DNA of 63,865 nt, filler included, from Octopus bimaculoides (lineage: Eukaryota): the NCBI RefSeq assembly GCF_001194135.2. It is 9 parts of 9 records of this genome, joined end to end, with 100 filler letters (N's around TTAATTAATTAA, not from the genome) between each part and the next. Parts side by side here need not be neighbours in the genome. Positions count along the whole stretch, not along the records: positions 1 to 5,454 come from NC_068993.1; positions 5,555 to 9,339 come from NW_026437447.1; positions 9,440 to 12,388 come from NC_068989.1; positions 12,489 to 17,292 come from NC_068991.1; 5 more parts are not named here. The stretch is one strand, 5' to 3'. The notes under the pieces are model-generated. The model made no database searches and had not been told where the DNA came from. It saw only the letters and a program-made list of their open reading frames with translations. A program made the translations under genes and the position numbers. This document shows, one piece after another, positions 1 to 12,537 of this stretch (positions within the stretch are counted from its first letter, which is position 1; each line of letters begins with the position of its first letter).

Positions 1-240
1 CAGTGATACAGGAAATATCTGGAATGTCTTATTTTTAAGAAATAAATTCTTTTTAGCAAGAGTCAGGTCAGTTGTCCTAAATAACAGAAAGGTATTGTTG
101 TCTCTTCATAGTAATCAGTCATTTTAGGTTCGGTCTGTTATATTGACCACAGCGGAACCTCACGAATAAATCAAGAAGACAAATCTAATGTTGGCATCGT
201 AGTTCATGCACGCATACATCCATACATACATACATACATA
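1..240 (+). repeat. Copy 1 of an apparently identical ~240-bp local duplication (copy 2 at 952-1191)
   Basis: CAGTGATACAGGAAATATCTGG...CATCCATACATACATAC reads identically at offset 951. Confidence 0.95.
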
Positions 241-414
241 CGTACGTACATCCATACATACGTACGTACATCCACAGATACANNNNNNNNNNTACATACA
301 TACATACATACATATATACATATAAAGTATATATCCATGCGTGATATATATGCTTGTATGTACGCATATGTGTGCATATGTATGTTTGTATGTATATGTG
401 TGCATATATAATTC

Positions 415-428
415 ATTATTATTATTAT

Positions 429-468
<40 letters not shown>

Positions 469-469
469 G

Positions 470-520
<51 letters not shown>

Positions 521-521
521 C
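415..521. repeat. Compound (ATT)n(ACT)n(AGT)n microsatellite
   Basis: Seen directly; source of the poly-L/V ORFs in the track. Confidence 0.95.
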
Positions 522-951
522 GGCTATTGTCACTACTACTGCTACTAGATCTCTCATCCTGTACCCAAAAGGCTGAATTTTTCCAGATGTTTCTGTCTTG
601 TCATACGAATAAACATCCGCCAGCCCTTTTAATACTGCCTCGCAAGCACCCACTACCACTACTGCTAAAGCGAACTCCACCAACACCACCCCTTCGCCCT
701 CAACTGTCAAATGACACACTCACGCACATACATACATACATACATACATACATACATACATACATACATACAGAGACAAGTGAGAATCACTCCTTCTGGC
801 TAAGTTTACTAATCAATACATGGTTGACTGATTGGCAGTTTCTGAAGAGCACAAAAAACAAAAAGCAATAGAAAGAATTTATTAAGATAAAAAGGAATAA
901 AAACGAAGGACAGATAATTCATCCAAGAAAGTCTGAATGAAGAATGTGTTG

Positions 952-1191
952 CAGTGATACAGGAAATATCTGGAATGTCTTATTTTTAAGAAATAAATTC
1001 TTTTTAGCAAGAGTCAGGTCAGTTGTCCTAAATAACAGAAAGGTATTGTTGTCTCTTCATAGTAATCAGTCATTTTAGGTTCGGTCTGTTATATTGACCA
1101 CAGCGGAACCTCACGAATAAATCAAGAAGACAAATCTAATGTTGGCATCGTAGTTCATGCACGCATACATCCATACATACATACATACATA
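952..1191 (+). repeat. Copy 2 of the local duplication
   Basis: Matches 1-240 and runs into an N gap. Confidence 0.95.
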
Positions 1192-2131
1192 CATACNNNN
1201 NNNNNNNNNNNNNNNNNNNNNNNNNNNNNNNNNNNNNNNNNNNNNNNNNNNNNNNNNNNNNNNNNNNNNNNNNNNNNNNNNNNNNNNNNNNNNNNNNNNN
1301 NNNNNNNNNNNNNNNNNNNNNNNNNNNNNNNNNNNNNNNNNNNNNNNNNNNNNNNNNNNNNNNNNNNNNNNNNNNNNNNNNNNNNNNNNNNNNNNNNNNN
1401 NNNNNNNNNNNNNNNNNNNNNNNNNNNNNNNNNNNNNNNNNNNNNNNNNNNNNNNNNNNNNNNNNNNNNNNNNNNNNNNNNNNNNNNNNNNNNNNNNNNN
1501 NNNNNNNNNNNNNNNNNNNNNNNNNNNNNNNNNNNNNNNNNNNNNNNNNNNNNNNNNNNNNNNNNNNNNNNNNNNNNNNNNNNNNNNNNNNNNNNNNNNN
1601 NNNNNNNNNNNNNNNNNNNNNNNNNNNNNNNNNNNNNNNNNNNNNNNNNNNNNNNNNNNNNNNNNNNNNNNNNNNNNNNNNNNNNNNNNNNNNNNNNATA
1701 CACTCATATATATATATATAAATAATATATAAATATATGCATATATCCATACATATAAGTACATACCTACATATATATGTATACATACATGCATATATGG
1801 GTACAGGACATAAAAAAACGTTAAACACAATGACAAACGAAAACAGAAAAACGAAAACAGAAAACGAACTTTTTTTCGAACAACGAAAAAAAAACAAACA
1901 GAGAAACGAGACTTGCAACATAAAGAATATACCCCTTCGTCAGTTGTCCCACTTTCATCTACTCTGCGTTACGAAGGCAAGGACAATACGCGAAACAGTC
2001 CCTCCCGCAAAGCAAATTAAATAAAATTTCGGATTTTTTGCGAAGGGTGAATGTGTTAACAAGAACAGGACAATGAGAACAAGACAGGTAGACAAGCCAT
2101 GAGAGGAGAGAGGAAAAGGCACGTTTTTTCT

Positions 2132-2164
<33 letters not shown>

Positions 2165-2276
2165 CTGTGTGTCTGTGTGTGTGCGCGTGTGCGCGCGTAT
2201 GTGTACCGTATGTATTTATATATATAATATATACAGCGATACCTCACAGTAACAGTTTAATTCATTTCATGACCGA

Positions 2277-2319
2277 ACTCGTTTTACGATTTACTCGTTT
2301 TACGATTTACTCGTTTTAC
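2277..2319. repeat. 16-bp tandem repeat, ~2.7 copies
   Basis: Unit ACTCGTTTTACGATTT. Confidence 0.85.
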
Positions 2320-2601
2320 AAGTCAATTTTTTTCCTTCTTCAGTTTTATCATAATCAGCATTTTTTTCTTTTCAGCATTGACCTTTGCACTAACCTTCTC
2401 AGGACCCACGGCTAACACAACTAATTATTATACAATTATAGTAAAAATCACACAAAATTTTCTAAAAATCACTGGGAAAAACACAACAGGAACGCTGTCA
2501 CAACGAGATAAACACATGAACTGAGTTTTGACTGCTATCTCTAGCATAGTGGTATCTTTTAGACGCCCTCAATTATAATTATATATATATATATATATAT
2601 A

Positions 2602-2822
2602 TACTCTTTTACTCTTTTACTTGTTTCAGTCATTTGACTGCGGCCATGCTGGAGCACCGCCTTTAGTCAAGCAAATCGACCCCAGGACTTATTCTTTGGA
2701 AGCCTAGTACTTATTCTATCGATCTCGTTTGCCGAACCGCTAAGTTACGGGGACGTAAACACACCAGCATCGGTTGTCAAGCGATGTTGGGGGGACAAAC
2801 ACAGACACACAAACACACATAC

Positions 2823-2859
<37 letters not shown>

Positions 2860-3008
2860 TACGATGGGCTTCTTTCAGTTTCCGTCTACCAAATCCACTC
2901 ACAAGGCTTTGGTAGAAGACACTTGCCCAAGATGCCACGCAGTGGGACTGAACCCAGAGCCATATGGTTGGTAAGCAAACTACTTACCACACAGCCACTC
3001 CCGCGCCT
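2602..3008 (-). mobile_element. SINE family A, near full length (tRNA-like head, internal TA/TG microsatellite, AAGAGTAA tail)
   Basis: Reverse complement of the 26541-26947 copy; tail TACTCTTTTACTCTTTTACTTGTTTCAGTCATTTGACTGCGGCCATGCTGGAGCACCGCC. Confidence 0.9.
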
Positions 3009-4307
3009 TTCATAAATACCAATGACTTTCGCATTATATGATAGAGATTAACCAGTGAAATATCTTGGATTATATAATCCATAATGAGGATATAACTCCC
3101 ACAAATTGACTATATATGTGTGTGCATGTGTGTGTGTGCATATACGTGTATATATACACACGTGTATATATATATATATATTCATTTACGTTGGCTGATC
3201 GAGAGGCGTCGAGGGCACTGACCTGTTATGTTTCGAATGGAAATGAACGCGTCTCCTTAAACTGGAATACTACTGCCGAAGCAATCACATGCAATACTGC
3301 GCTGTAAATAGTAAAGACGATGATGATGACGGTAACGACGGCTATGGTGATTGAAATATATAAATATATACGCCGTACGCATATATTAAAATGTTTATAC
3401 GCACAGTATGCATTAACTACGTTTTGCATCTTTTATGTACCTATATATCTGTAGTTTTTATTATTTAGTTATCTATTAGGCATAACATTAGAATTTTGTC
3501 TGCAGTTTTTGTTCGTTAAATATTCAGTGACGTCATCATTTTTAGTAGATAAATATAATCGCTTTCTATGTTAGGCTTATTTATTTATTTTTTTAATATT
3601 TTTATGTAGATTTCAAATTGTAAAAAAATATGGAATTAGTATGGTATTTTTTTATATTATTTTATAGACTAAATTAGTTATTCAATGACGTCGCCGCACT
3701 TGGTTGAATGAGTGAATGTCTAAAGTTAAATTTGGTTTCGCGTTTCCTTTTGTTAGCGTTCTTTAGCAGCTAAAAAATTTTTTCACATGTTCGGTTAAAA
3801 TTTCACCAATATAGATTATCTTGATAATGTTGTGTTGACATAAATTTTCGTTCATATTATCGTTAATTTTAATAATATTATGTGTGTGTATATACAAACA
3901 TGCGTGTGTATGTATGTATATGTTATTGCAATTGAAACAATTGTTAGATTTTTAAGGTGGCATCTAGAATATAGATATTATTTTCTTCGTACATATTATT
4001 GATTGTTGTTAATACTCTGAATTTCTTAAATTCTGCATAAGGATTGTTAGATTTACCTGTTATACGTGAGGATTCACCTGGGATTTGTATTCTACATACA
4101 TTTACTGGTATCTACCTGTTGGAAATTTAGACTTATTCCTTTATACCAAGTGCTAACTTAATATCTACCAGGATTTCTTAATCCAACTTTCTAAATTTTA
4201 TATATGTATATATATATATAGAGAGAGAGAGAGGGAGAGAGGGGGGAAGGGACAGAGAGGGAGAGAGAGAGGGAGAGAGAGAGGGTTATATATATATATA
4301 TATATAT

Positions 4308-4309
<2 letters not shown>

Positions 4310-4355
<46 letters not shown>

Positions 4356-4356
4356 G

Positions 4357-4406
<50 letters not shown>

Positions 4407-4440
4407 CATACATACATACATACATACATACATACATACA
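4310..4440. repeat. (TAGA)n/(CAGA)n/(CATA)n compound microsatellite
   Basis: Seen directly. Confidence 0.95.
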
Positions 4441-5417
4441 TAAAGAGAAAGAGAGAGGGCGAGAGTAAGAAAAAAACAGATGAGTAAAGTGATGTAAGGG
4501 TGTAGTTAATTTCATGCGTTTACAGCCGTTTCATAATCCTGTTAGTTATATAATAAATGTTACATCAATATTAACCCTCGTATGAATTGCACATATACGG
4601 ACATATGTAGATAAATATACGTGCAGATATAGAAGGGAACAGATTAGAGGAATCAACTGACTACTCTCAGAAAGTGACTTATAATTGAAACGAAGGATTT
4701 TTGCGATTTTTTTTTTCCAACCGCATTATTCTACAAAGTATTCTTCTTTCAAAATTTAATTAATTCAAATTTTGAGGATGTTAACTCACTTTTATTATTT
4801 GAAATTTGGATTTGTCGCCCCTGTCGGTTTTATAAGTAAATTTATACAACGTTTTTATGATTATATCACCAAATTGCCGAGAGTATTAATGATTCAAAGT
4901 GTTCTTGCTTACTGCTTACTTAACCATTGATTTTCAGATAACATTTTTAATGGCCCTCGCATTAAATATTTTTACACTAACACAGCAATATTTACATTGA
5001 TTTTTTCCGAGTATTTTAGCAATCATATTTTATCTACTCCCGTTAAGATAATAAAGAATAAAAAGAAGTCGGTTCCAACGTTCATAGTATTCAATGAGAA
5101 ACTACACTCCTGTGTCTTTTCATCAACCACATATGAACAATTTACATCAACATCTTGTTGTTGGTCTTATTCTTGTTATCATTATTTTTTTGTGTTTAAC
5201 TCCAAAGATATTCCAGTCTTAACTACGCCACCAATAAACGAATATAGAACAATAATATCGACTGTAAATTCTGAGCGACATCAGGCTGCTATTTGTAGCA
5301 GATCACACATATTATTATAAAGAAGCCTATTTTTCTAAGATTATTATAGTTCTAAATTTGACCTGAACATTATACCTGAGACCAAAGAGGTCCCAGCCAC
5401 GGCCATCGCACTATACA

Positions 5418-5453
<36 letters not shown>

Positions 5454-5454
5454 T

Positions 5455-5554
5455 NNNNNNNNNNNNNNNNNNNNNNNNNNNNNNNNNNNNNNNNNNNNTT
5501 AATTAATTAANNNNNNNNNNNNNNNNNNNNNNNNNNNNNNNNNNNNNNNNNNNN
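5455..5554. other. Synthetic 100-nt gap marker N44-TTAATTAATTAA-N44 (12-mer also at 9384, 12433, 17337, 19642, 33936, 60810, 62764)
   Basis: The same 12-mer, with stops in all six frames, sits centred in 100-nt gaps eight times. Confidence 0.95.
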
Positions 5555-5626
<72 letters not shown>

Positions 5627-6044
5627 GTATTTATGCGTTTATATATAAGTATGTATGTATAATTTAGCAATGTATGTATAATTTTACAGCGTCTGTGAAA
5701 TATATAACTGACGACAATTTGGCGAGACACTTGGATGTATATATTGTTCGTGGACATACACACACACCTACACACACACACACACACACACACACTGCTG
5801 TACACACATACACACACCAGCATAGGCACACACACCTATACAAACACCTACACAGATACACACACACACCTACACACACACACACACACACATACACACC
5901 TACATAGACACACGCACACGCCTACATAGACGCACGCACGCACACACACTAACATAGACACACACACCTACACAAACACCTAAACAGACACACACAAACA
6001 CACGCAGTTACATAGACACACACACACACACCTACCCAAACACA

Positions 6045-6081
<37 letters not shown>

Positions 6082-8035
6082 NNNNNNNNNNNNNNNNNNN
6101 NNNNNNNNNNNNNNNNNNNNNNNNNNNNNNNNNNNNNNNNNNNNNNNNNNNNNNNNNNNNNNNNNNNNNNNNNNNNNNNNNNNNNNNNNNNNNNNNNNNN
6201 NNNNNNNNNNNNNNNNNNNNNNNNNNNNNNNNNNNNNNNNNNNNNNNNNNNNNNNNNNNNNNNNNNNNNNNNNNNNNNNNNNNNNNNNNNNNNNNNNNNN
6301 NNNNNNNNNNNNNNNNNNNNNNNNNNNNNNNNNNNNNNNNNNNNNNNNNNNNNNNNNNNNNNNNNNNNNNNNNNNNNNNNNNNNNNNNNNNNNNNNNNNN
6401 NNNNNNNNNNNNNNNNNNNNNNNNNNNNNNNNNNNNNNNNNNNNNNNNNNNNNNNNNNNNNNNNNNNNNNNNNNNNNNNNNNNNNNNNNNNNNNNNNNNN
6501 NNNNNNNNNNNNNNNNNNNNNNNNNNNNNNNNNNNNNNNCACACACACACACACGCACGCAAACACTACCACACACGCACTTATACACACGCTCACACTA
6601 ACAAACACACACATTAATATACACACAAGCACATTCATATACACACATACATATGTCACACACACACATACACGCATACACACACACGCATGCACACATA
6701 CTCATAGACTCGCCACACATACACACACACACACACTACCGCACACGCACTTATCCACATGCTCACACTAGCAAACACATACATTAATACACACACATGC
6801 AGTCTCCAAACACATTCACATACACTTGTCCCACACACAAAACATACACACACACACACACACACATGCACACGTACTTATATATTCACCACACACTCAA
6901 ATATACACACACTAACACAAACAGGCAAACCTTAGTCTCCAAACACATACACATACATACATACATACACACATGCACACACACACACACACACACACAC
7001 ATACAAATCTGCGCGTGCTCTGACTCCGAACACTGCACATATACACGCATACATACAAAAGTACCCTGTTGATGTTGTTGAAATTCCAATGAAGGCGGAG
7101 GGGTGGCAGTGTGCTCAAGGACTCAATGCGTTTCTTCACTAGGAATTACATACAACATACACCGAAGCAAAACAGTCCAGCAAATCGTAGAAAGATGCCA
7201 TTTCGTAATGCCTGTTTGAAATTTCTTATTTATTTTTTTAAAGACTTCTGTTTCGGGGTGGAATATTGGTGTTTCGTTTACCCTCTATGCAAACTGTCAA
7301 ACTTAACCCGAACGCCCAGAATATCCTGGTATAGTTATTTAAGTCTCAAGGATTATGAATTTCATTTCAGTTCAGCAGAGAAGACTGGTTCCTCCCCACT
7401 GAATATGGATTGTTCCTCAGCGGAGAGAATTTCCTTCTCATAGATGTATCCCACTTCATGTTTTGTGGAGTTTTTTTGCGGGGGGGGGGGCATTTTTGCT
7501 TTATTTTGCGTTGTATAATTTATCCACTTCGCCCTTCATGGAGTCTTCATTCTCATAAGTAGATAGGTGCTACAAGTATGTAGAACAGCTCCCCGGACGA
7601 TGAGATCTCTTGTTGTCATTGTGATTACTATGGGTAACTCTTTTTCCTCTAGGGTCATAGCTGAGAGAGAAAGAGACAGAGAGAGAGCCCTTGGGTTTCA
7701 AGGTTCATTACATACAATGAGGACGGAGCAGTTTTATTTGCCGACTCACTAGTTACCTGGTATTGTCTTAGAACCGACACCCTTCACGTTTCCTTCTGAT
7801 TACTTTTGATCTTTGAGGCTTTCTATGCAGTAAACCCTTAAACGACTCTTACTACCACATATATAGCAACTGGGTTTTCTACCTTGGATGCTGAATTTAA
7901 AGACCTTCATCTCCAGGACAGCCTGGTGTTGCACATCACGGAAATCGGGTGAAGCTCACTCCTTTTGAGTCTCAAATCTCATGACAAACCTAAGTCTAAC
8001 TCTAACAGTCTTGCCAAAAATTCTCATTTAAGATT

Positions 8036-8404
8036 CGTGGCTGTGTGGTAACAAGCCTGCCTCCCAACCTCATGGTTCCAGGCTCGGTCCCACTGCGGGG
8101 CACCTTGAGCAATGTCTTCTAGAGTCTTGGGCTGACCAAAGCCTTCCGAGTGGATTTAGTAGATGAAAACTGAAAAAGTCCGTCGTATGTGTGTGTGTGT
8201 GTGTGTGTTTTTCCCCGCAACTCCTCCCATTATCATTTGACAACCCAACTTATCAGTTCAGCAAAAGAAACTGATAATAGGTACCAAGAAGCTTGCAGAA
8301 AATAAGTCTCAGGGTCGATTTCTTCGACTAAAATAATCCTTTAATGCAGTGCTCCAGCATGACAGCAATCAAATGACTGAAACAAGTCAAACATTAAAAG
8401 AAAG
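8036..8404 (+). mobile_element. SINE family A, diverged copy
   Basis: GTGGCTGTGTGGTAACAAGCC...CCAGCATGACAGCAATCAAATGACTGAAACAAG. Confidence 0.85.
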
Positions 8405-9439
8405 ACTGTACATTTAAAAGTACTTCGCTGGTCCCTGATTTTAGCGGTCCCGCTGTTCAATATATATACACACATATACATATATATGGCATGAATGTAT
8501 GAAATTAGATATATGAGTAAAGTCTGTCATACCGGCCATGATGAAATACCACAAGGTATAGAAAATATGAAATACCACAAGGTATAGAAAATACATATTC
8601 GCCTTTATACTGAACACTCAATATTTCATCTATTCAATAAGACATATTCCATATATTCAATAAGACATTCAATACTTTATTTCATAGTACCATCCATTTT
8701 TATTTTATATTATATATTGTATATTATATTATATATTGTATATTATATTATATATTGTATATTCCATATTCTATATCCCACATTGGTTTTGCAGGAATAT
8801 AAATAAAACATAAAAAACAGACAGTGTTGGAACTCTTTTAAACAAAATAATATATTCCTCTATAGACAATCATACAAAAGCCCCCTTTTTTTGTATTTAT
8901 TTTTACTCGCATATATATATATATGACATTGTTCGTTTTTTCCGTCCTTGTTTTTGTATACATTCTCTGCTTCATTCCAAGGAGTCTAATGCCTCTTAGC
9001 TTAGTTTTTCCTTGGGGATGGCCAGATTGGAGCAATATCGAGAATAACCAGCCGAAATTGCATGGATAATCTGGATCTCGACTGAAGAAAGAAAAGTCCG
9101 AATGACCAGTCCGTATTTTCTTTGTATCGTGTATCTGGATGTTTTGTCCCTTTCTTGTATCACCTAACTGTCTGGACGTTTTGCGTCCTTGTCCCATTTT
9201 GTCTTATATATATATATATATATATACACTGTACGATCTTTTTCTATGGGACGTTTAGCCTTACTTCAATTGACCAAATCAATCACATTTCTTAACCCAC
9301 TCACCCCCTCACTCCCGCTACCACCACGATACCCTTCCGNNNNNNNNNNNNNNNNNNNNNNNNNNNNNNNNNNNNNNNNNNNNTTAATTAATTAANNNNN
9401 NNNNNNNNNNNNNNNNNNNNNNNNNNNNNNNNNNNNNNN

Positions 9440-9509
<70 letters not shown>

Positions 9510-9992
9510 AGTGATGGTGGCGGTGGTGGTGGTAGTGGTGTTAGTGGTGGTAATAGTAAAAGTATAATAATAGCAGAAGTGGTGGTGGTAGTGGTGGTGG
9601 TGGTGGTGGTGACGGTAATGGCAGTAGTGATGGTGGTGATGGTGATTGTGTTGTTGTTGATGTTGCTGTTGTACAGGTTGGTGTTGTCGTTTCCATGGTA
9701 ACTATCATTGTTATTAATAATGCGTTGGTGCTGCTGCTGTTGTTGCTTTGTAATTACTAGTTTTAATTGAATCAAATAGAGTAATTGAAAGTCCGTTTAG
9801 CAACTACCACCACCCACCATCAACACGACCACCACCACTACTACTACTACTACTGCCACCAACGTGATCACCACAGCTACCTTATATATATNNNNNNNNN
9901 NNNNNNNNNNNNNNNNNNNNNNNNNNNNNNNNNNNNNNNNNNNNNNNNNNNNNNNNNNTACATATATATATTTACATATTATATGTATATAC

Positions 9993-10023
<31 letters not shown>

Positions 10024-10469
10024 TATGTATACCCTTATATACAAAAATACACACACACATATATACAAACATGCATACATATACATATATATTCTCACAC
10101 GCATACATACATGCATGTACGTACATACGTACACACCGGCATACATACATTTAACGCCTATCGCCTTTAATTCAAATTTCACGAATATTCGATCAATCAA
10201 ACGGCCATATTGGCATGTCAGGGAAAACATTTCTTTGCCCAAGAGGGTACCGAGACCTCGCTGTTTCATTAGTTAATATAATGTATGTGAATTTTATGTT
10301 CGACAGAGGCGTGCGGTGATTATATTTGCCGCTGTCAGCTATGTGTCTCTGAAAAACACAATATTTTTACTATAACTGTCTTGGCTAAAAAGTATTCTAT
10401 ATGTCTTTGACTGAGTCAAACTATTAATTCGAACATTTAATATTGGTTTCTAATTTTGGTACATGGCTA

Positions 10470-10734
10470 ATAATTTCGGGGGATGCGGTAAGTCATTTAT
10501 ATCAGACCAAGTGCTTAATTCGTTCTTGTTTTAACGATCCCTAAAGGATGAAAGATGAAGCCAACCACAGCGGAATTTGAACTCAGAACGTAAAGACGGA
10601 TGAAATGTCTCTAAGCATCTTACCCGGTGGGCTAATAATAATGCCGGCTCGCTACCTTATACGAATATTTAGTATTCCTTTCTACTATAGGGACAAGGCC
10701 TGGGGTGTTAACGATTCTGCCAGCTCACCGCTTT
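10470..10734 (-). mobile_element. SINE family B fragments
   Basis: GGAATTTGAACTCAGAACGTAAAGACGGATGAAAT and CTGCCAGCTCACCGCTTT are reverse complements of the B head and body. Confidence 0.75.
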
Positions 10735-10759
10735 AATAATTTATTTAGTATGGGTGGCC

Positions 10760-10975
10760 AAGGTGGCGAGCTGGCAGAAACGTTAACACGCCGTTACGTT
10801 CTGAGTTCAAATTCGTCTGCCGCTACGTTCTGAGTTCAAATTCCGCCGATGACGACTTTGCGTTTCATCCTTTCGGAGTCGATAAATTAAGTACCAGTTG
10901 CGTACTGGCGTCGATCTAATCGACTGGCCCCCTCCCCAAACATTTCGAGCCTTGTGCCTAGAATAATAAAGAATA
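10760..10975 (+). mobile_element. SINE family B
   Basis: AAGGTGGCGAGCTGGCAGAAACGTTA...TTTCATCCTTTCGGAGTCGATAAATTAAGTACCAGTT...CCTTGTGCCTAG; carries an internal duplication of CGTTCTGAGTTCAAATTC. Confidence 0.85.
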
Positions 10976-11469
10976 CTGGTGGCCTGATACATATTGAAGT
11001 CAACGATCATTTAATAAGAGATGTTATATAAACTGATAACTCGTTTTATTTTGTGATATTTGAACAAATTTTCAAATAATTTTCGATGTAAGGTTTTTAC
11101 TTGTACTTCCCTGTAATAAGAGTCGTTTTGAGAGAAAAACTCTGACACACACACACATGTATATATATGTGAACGTTTTGTTAAGGTGGAGGCGAAACAT
11201 CACTTTAATAAGGTAGTAAATACAAGCAAGTGTTATTTTTCAAACGAATATAAATTCATGAATATTTTAGAATATAATTGAAACACACAGGGATGTAATT
11301 TAGTCAGAAATATTATTACAAAAGGATTAATGGTTTTGTTGCTTCATGCTGAACTTAAAGGTTCTTAAAGAGAAACGAGTCAAGTTGTACGCAAAGCTTT
11401 ATACATAACACAGAACTTCCACAAAAGTCAGTGGAAGCGATCTCCTCGGCAAGAACATAATTTTAAGGC

Positions 11470-11795
11470 TGGTACTTATTCTATCGGTTACTTTTGCCCA
11501 ACTGCTAAGTTACAAAGACGTAAACACATCGACACCGGTTTTCAAGTGAGATGAGGGTATACACACACATACACACACAAATTCTTTTACTTGTTTCAGT
11601 CATTTGACTGCGGCCATGATGGAGCACCGCCTTTTGTCGAACAAATCGACCCCAGGACTTATTCTTTGTAAGCCTAGTACTTATTTTATCGGTCTCTCTT
11701 TTGCCGAACCGCTAAGTTACGGGGACGTAAACGCACCAGCATAGGTTGTCAAGCGATGTTGGGGGGACAAACACAGACACACAAACATATACATA
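11470..11795 (-). mobile_element. Two SINE family A 3' fragments in tandem
   Basis: TACTTATTCTATCGG...CTAAGTTAC, then CTTTTACTTGTTTCAGTCATTTGACTGCGGCC...GGGGGACAAACACAG. Confidence 0.85.
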
Positions 11796-11804
11796 CACAC
11801 ATAT

Positions 11805-12063
11805 TTATCGACCCCAGAAGGATGAAAGGCAAAGTCAACCTCGCTGGAATTTGAAATCAGATCGTAAAGACAGACGAAATAACATATATACATATATATT
11901 CTTTTCTACTCCAAGCACAAGGCCTGAAATTCTGGGGGAGGGAGCTAGTCAATTAGATCGACCACAGTACGCAACTGGTACTTAATTTATCAACTTCGAA
12001 AGGATAAAAGGCAAAGTCGACCTCGGTGGAATTTGAACTCAGAACATAAAGGCAGACAGAAAT

Positions 12064-12065
<2 letters not shown>
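11805..12065 (-). mobile_element. Two SINE family B fragments
   Basis: TTTATCGACCCC...GGCAAAGTC...GGAATTTGAA motif occurs twice. Confidence 0.8.
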
Positions 12066-12108
<43 letters not shown>

Positions 12109-12113
12109 TTGTG

Positions 12114-12365
12114 GACGCGGTATCGTCGAATAATTGAAAAGTTCGCTTAGCAATAATAGCGTCCCGGTTTCAATTCCGTTGCGTGTCATCATGGTAAGAG
12201 TTATCTTCTCAGAAGCGTAGCAAGAAGATGTGGTTGTACAGTTAAGAAGTTCGCTTTGCAACTACGTGGTTTGTGAATCAGCTCCACAGCGTGGTATCTT
12301 GAGCAAGTCGATTCAAAGCACTTGTGAGTGAATTTGGCAGATCGAAACCGTGTGGAATCCCGTCG
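12114..12365 (+). mobile_element. Diverged SINE family A 5' half with an apparently duplicated head
   Basis: Two head-like units, then CTTGTGAGTGAATTTGGCAGA...CCCGTCGTGTATATA. Confidence 0.6.
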
Positions 12366-12488
12366 TGTATATATATATATATATATATNNNNNNNNNNNN
12401 NNNNNNNNNNNNNNNNNNNNNNNNNNNNNNNNTTAATTAATTAANNNNNNNNNNNNNNNNNNNNNNNNNNNNNNNNNNNNNNNNNNNN

Positions 12489-12537
<49 letters not shown>

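Noticed and set aside
160-871. ORFs with hydrophobic poly-L/V runs, including a signal-peptide-like MRDLVAVVVTIAVLLLL and a TM-like VVLVEFALAVVVVG
   Set aside because: They derive largely from (TAG/TAC)n and (CATA)n repeats; splice donors are weak and the frames run through an N gap.
1111-1921. Long ORFs of 180-370 aa here and at 5949, 36296, 38207, 41780, 44468 and 53456
   Set aside because: They are open only because N runs translate as X; the flanks are dinucleotide repeats.
8541-8765. Short tandem duplications (26-bp ATGAAATACCACAAGGTATAGAAAAT x2; 19-bp TATTATATTATATATTGTA x3)
   Set aside because: Ordinary slippage products with no sign of function.
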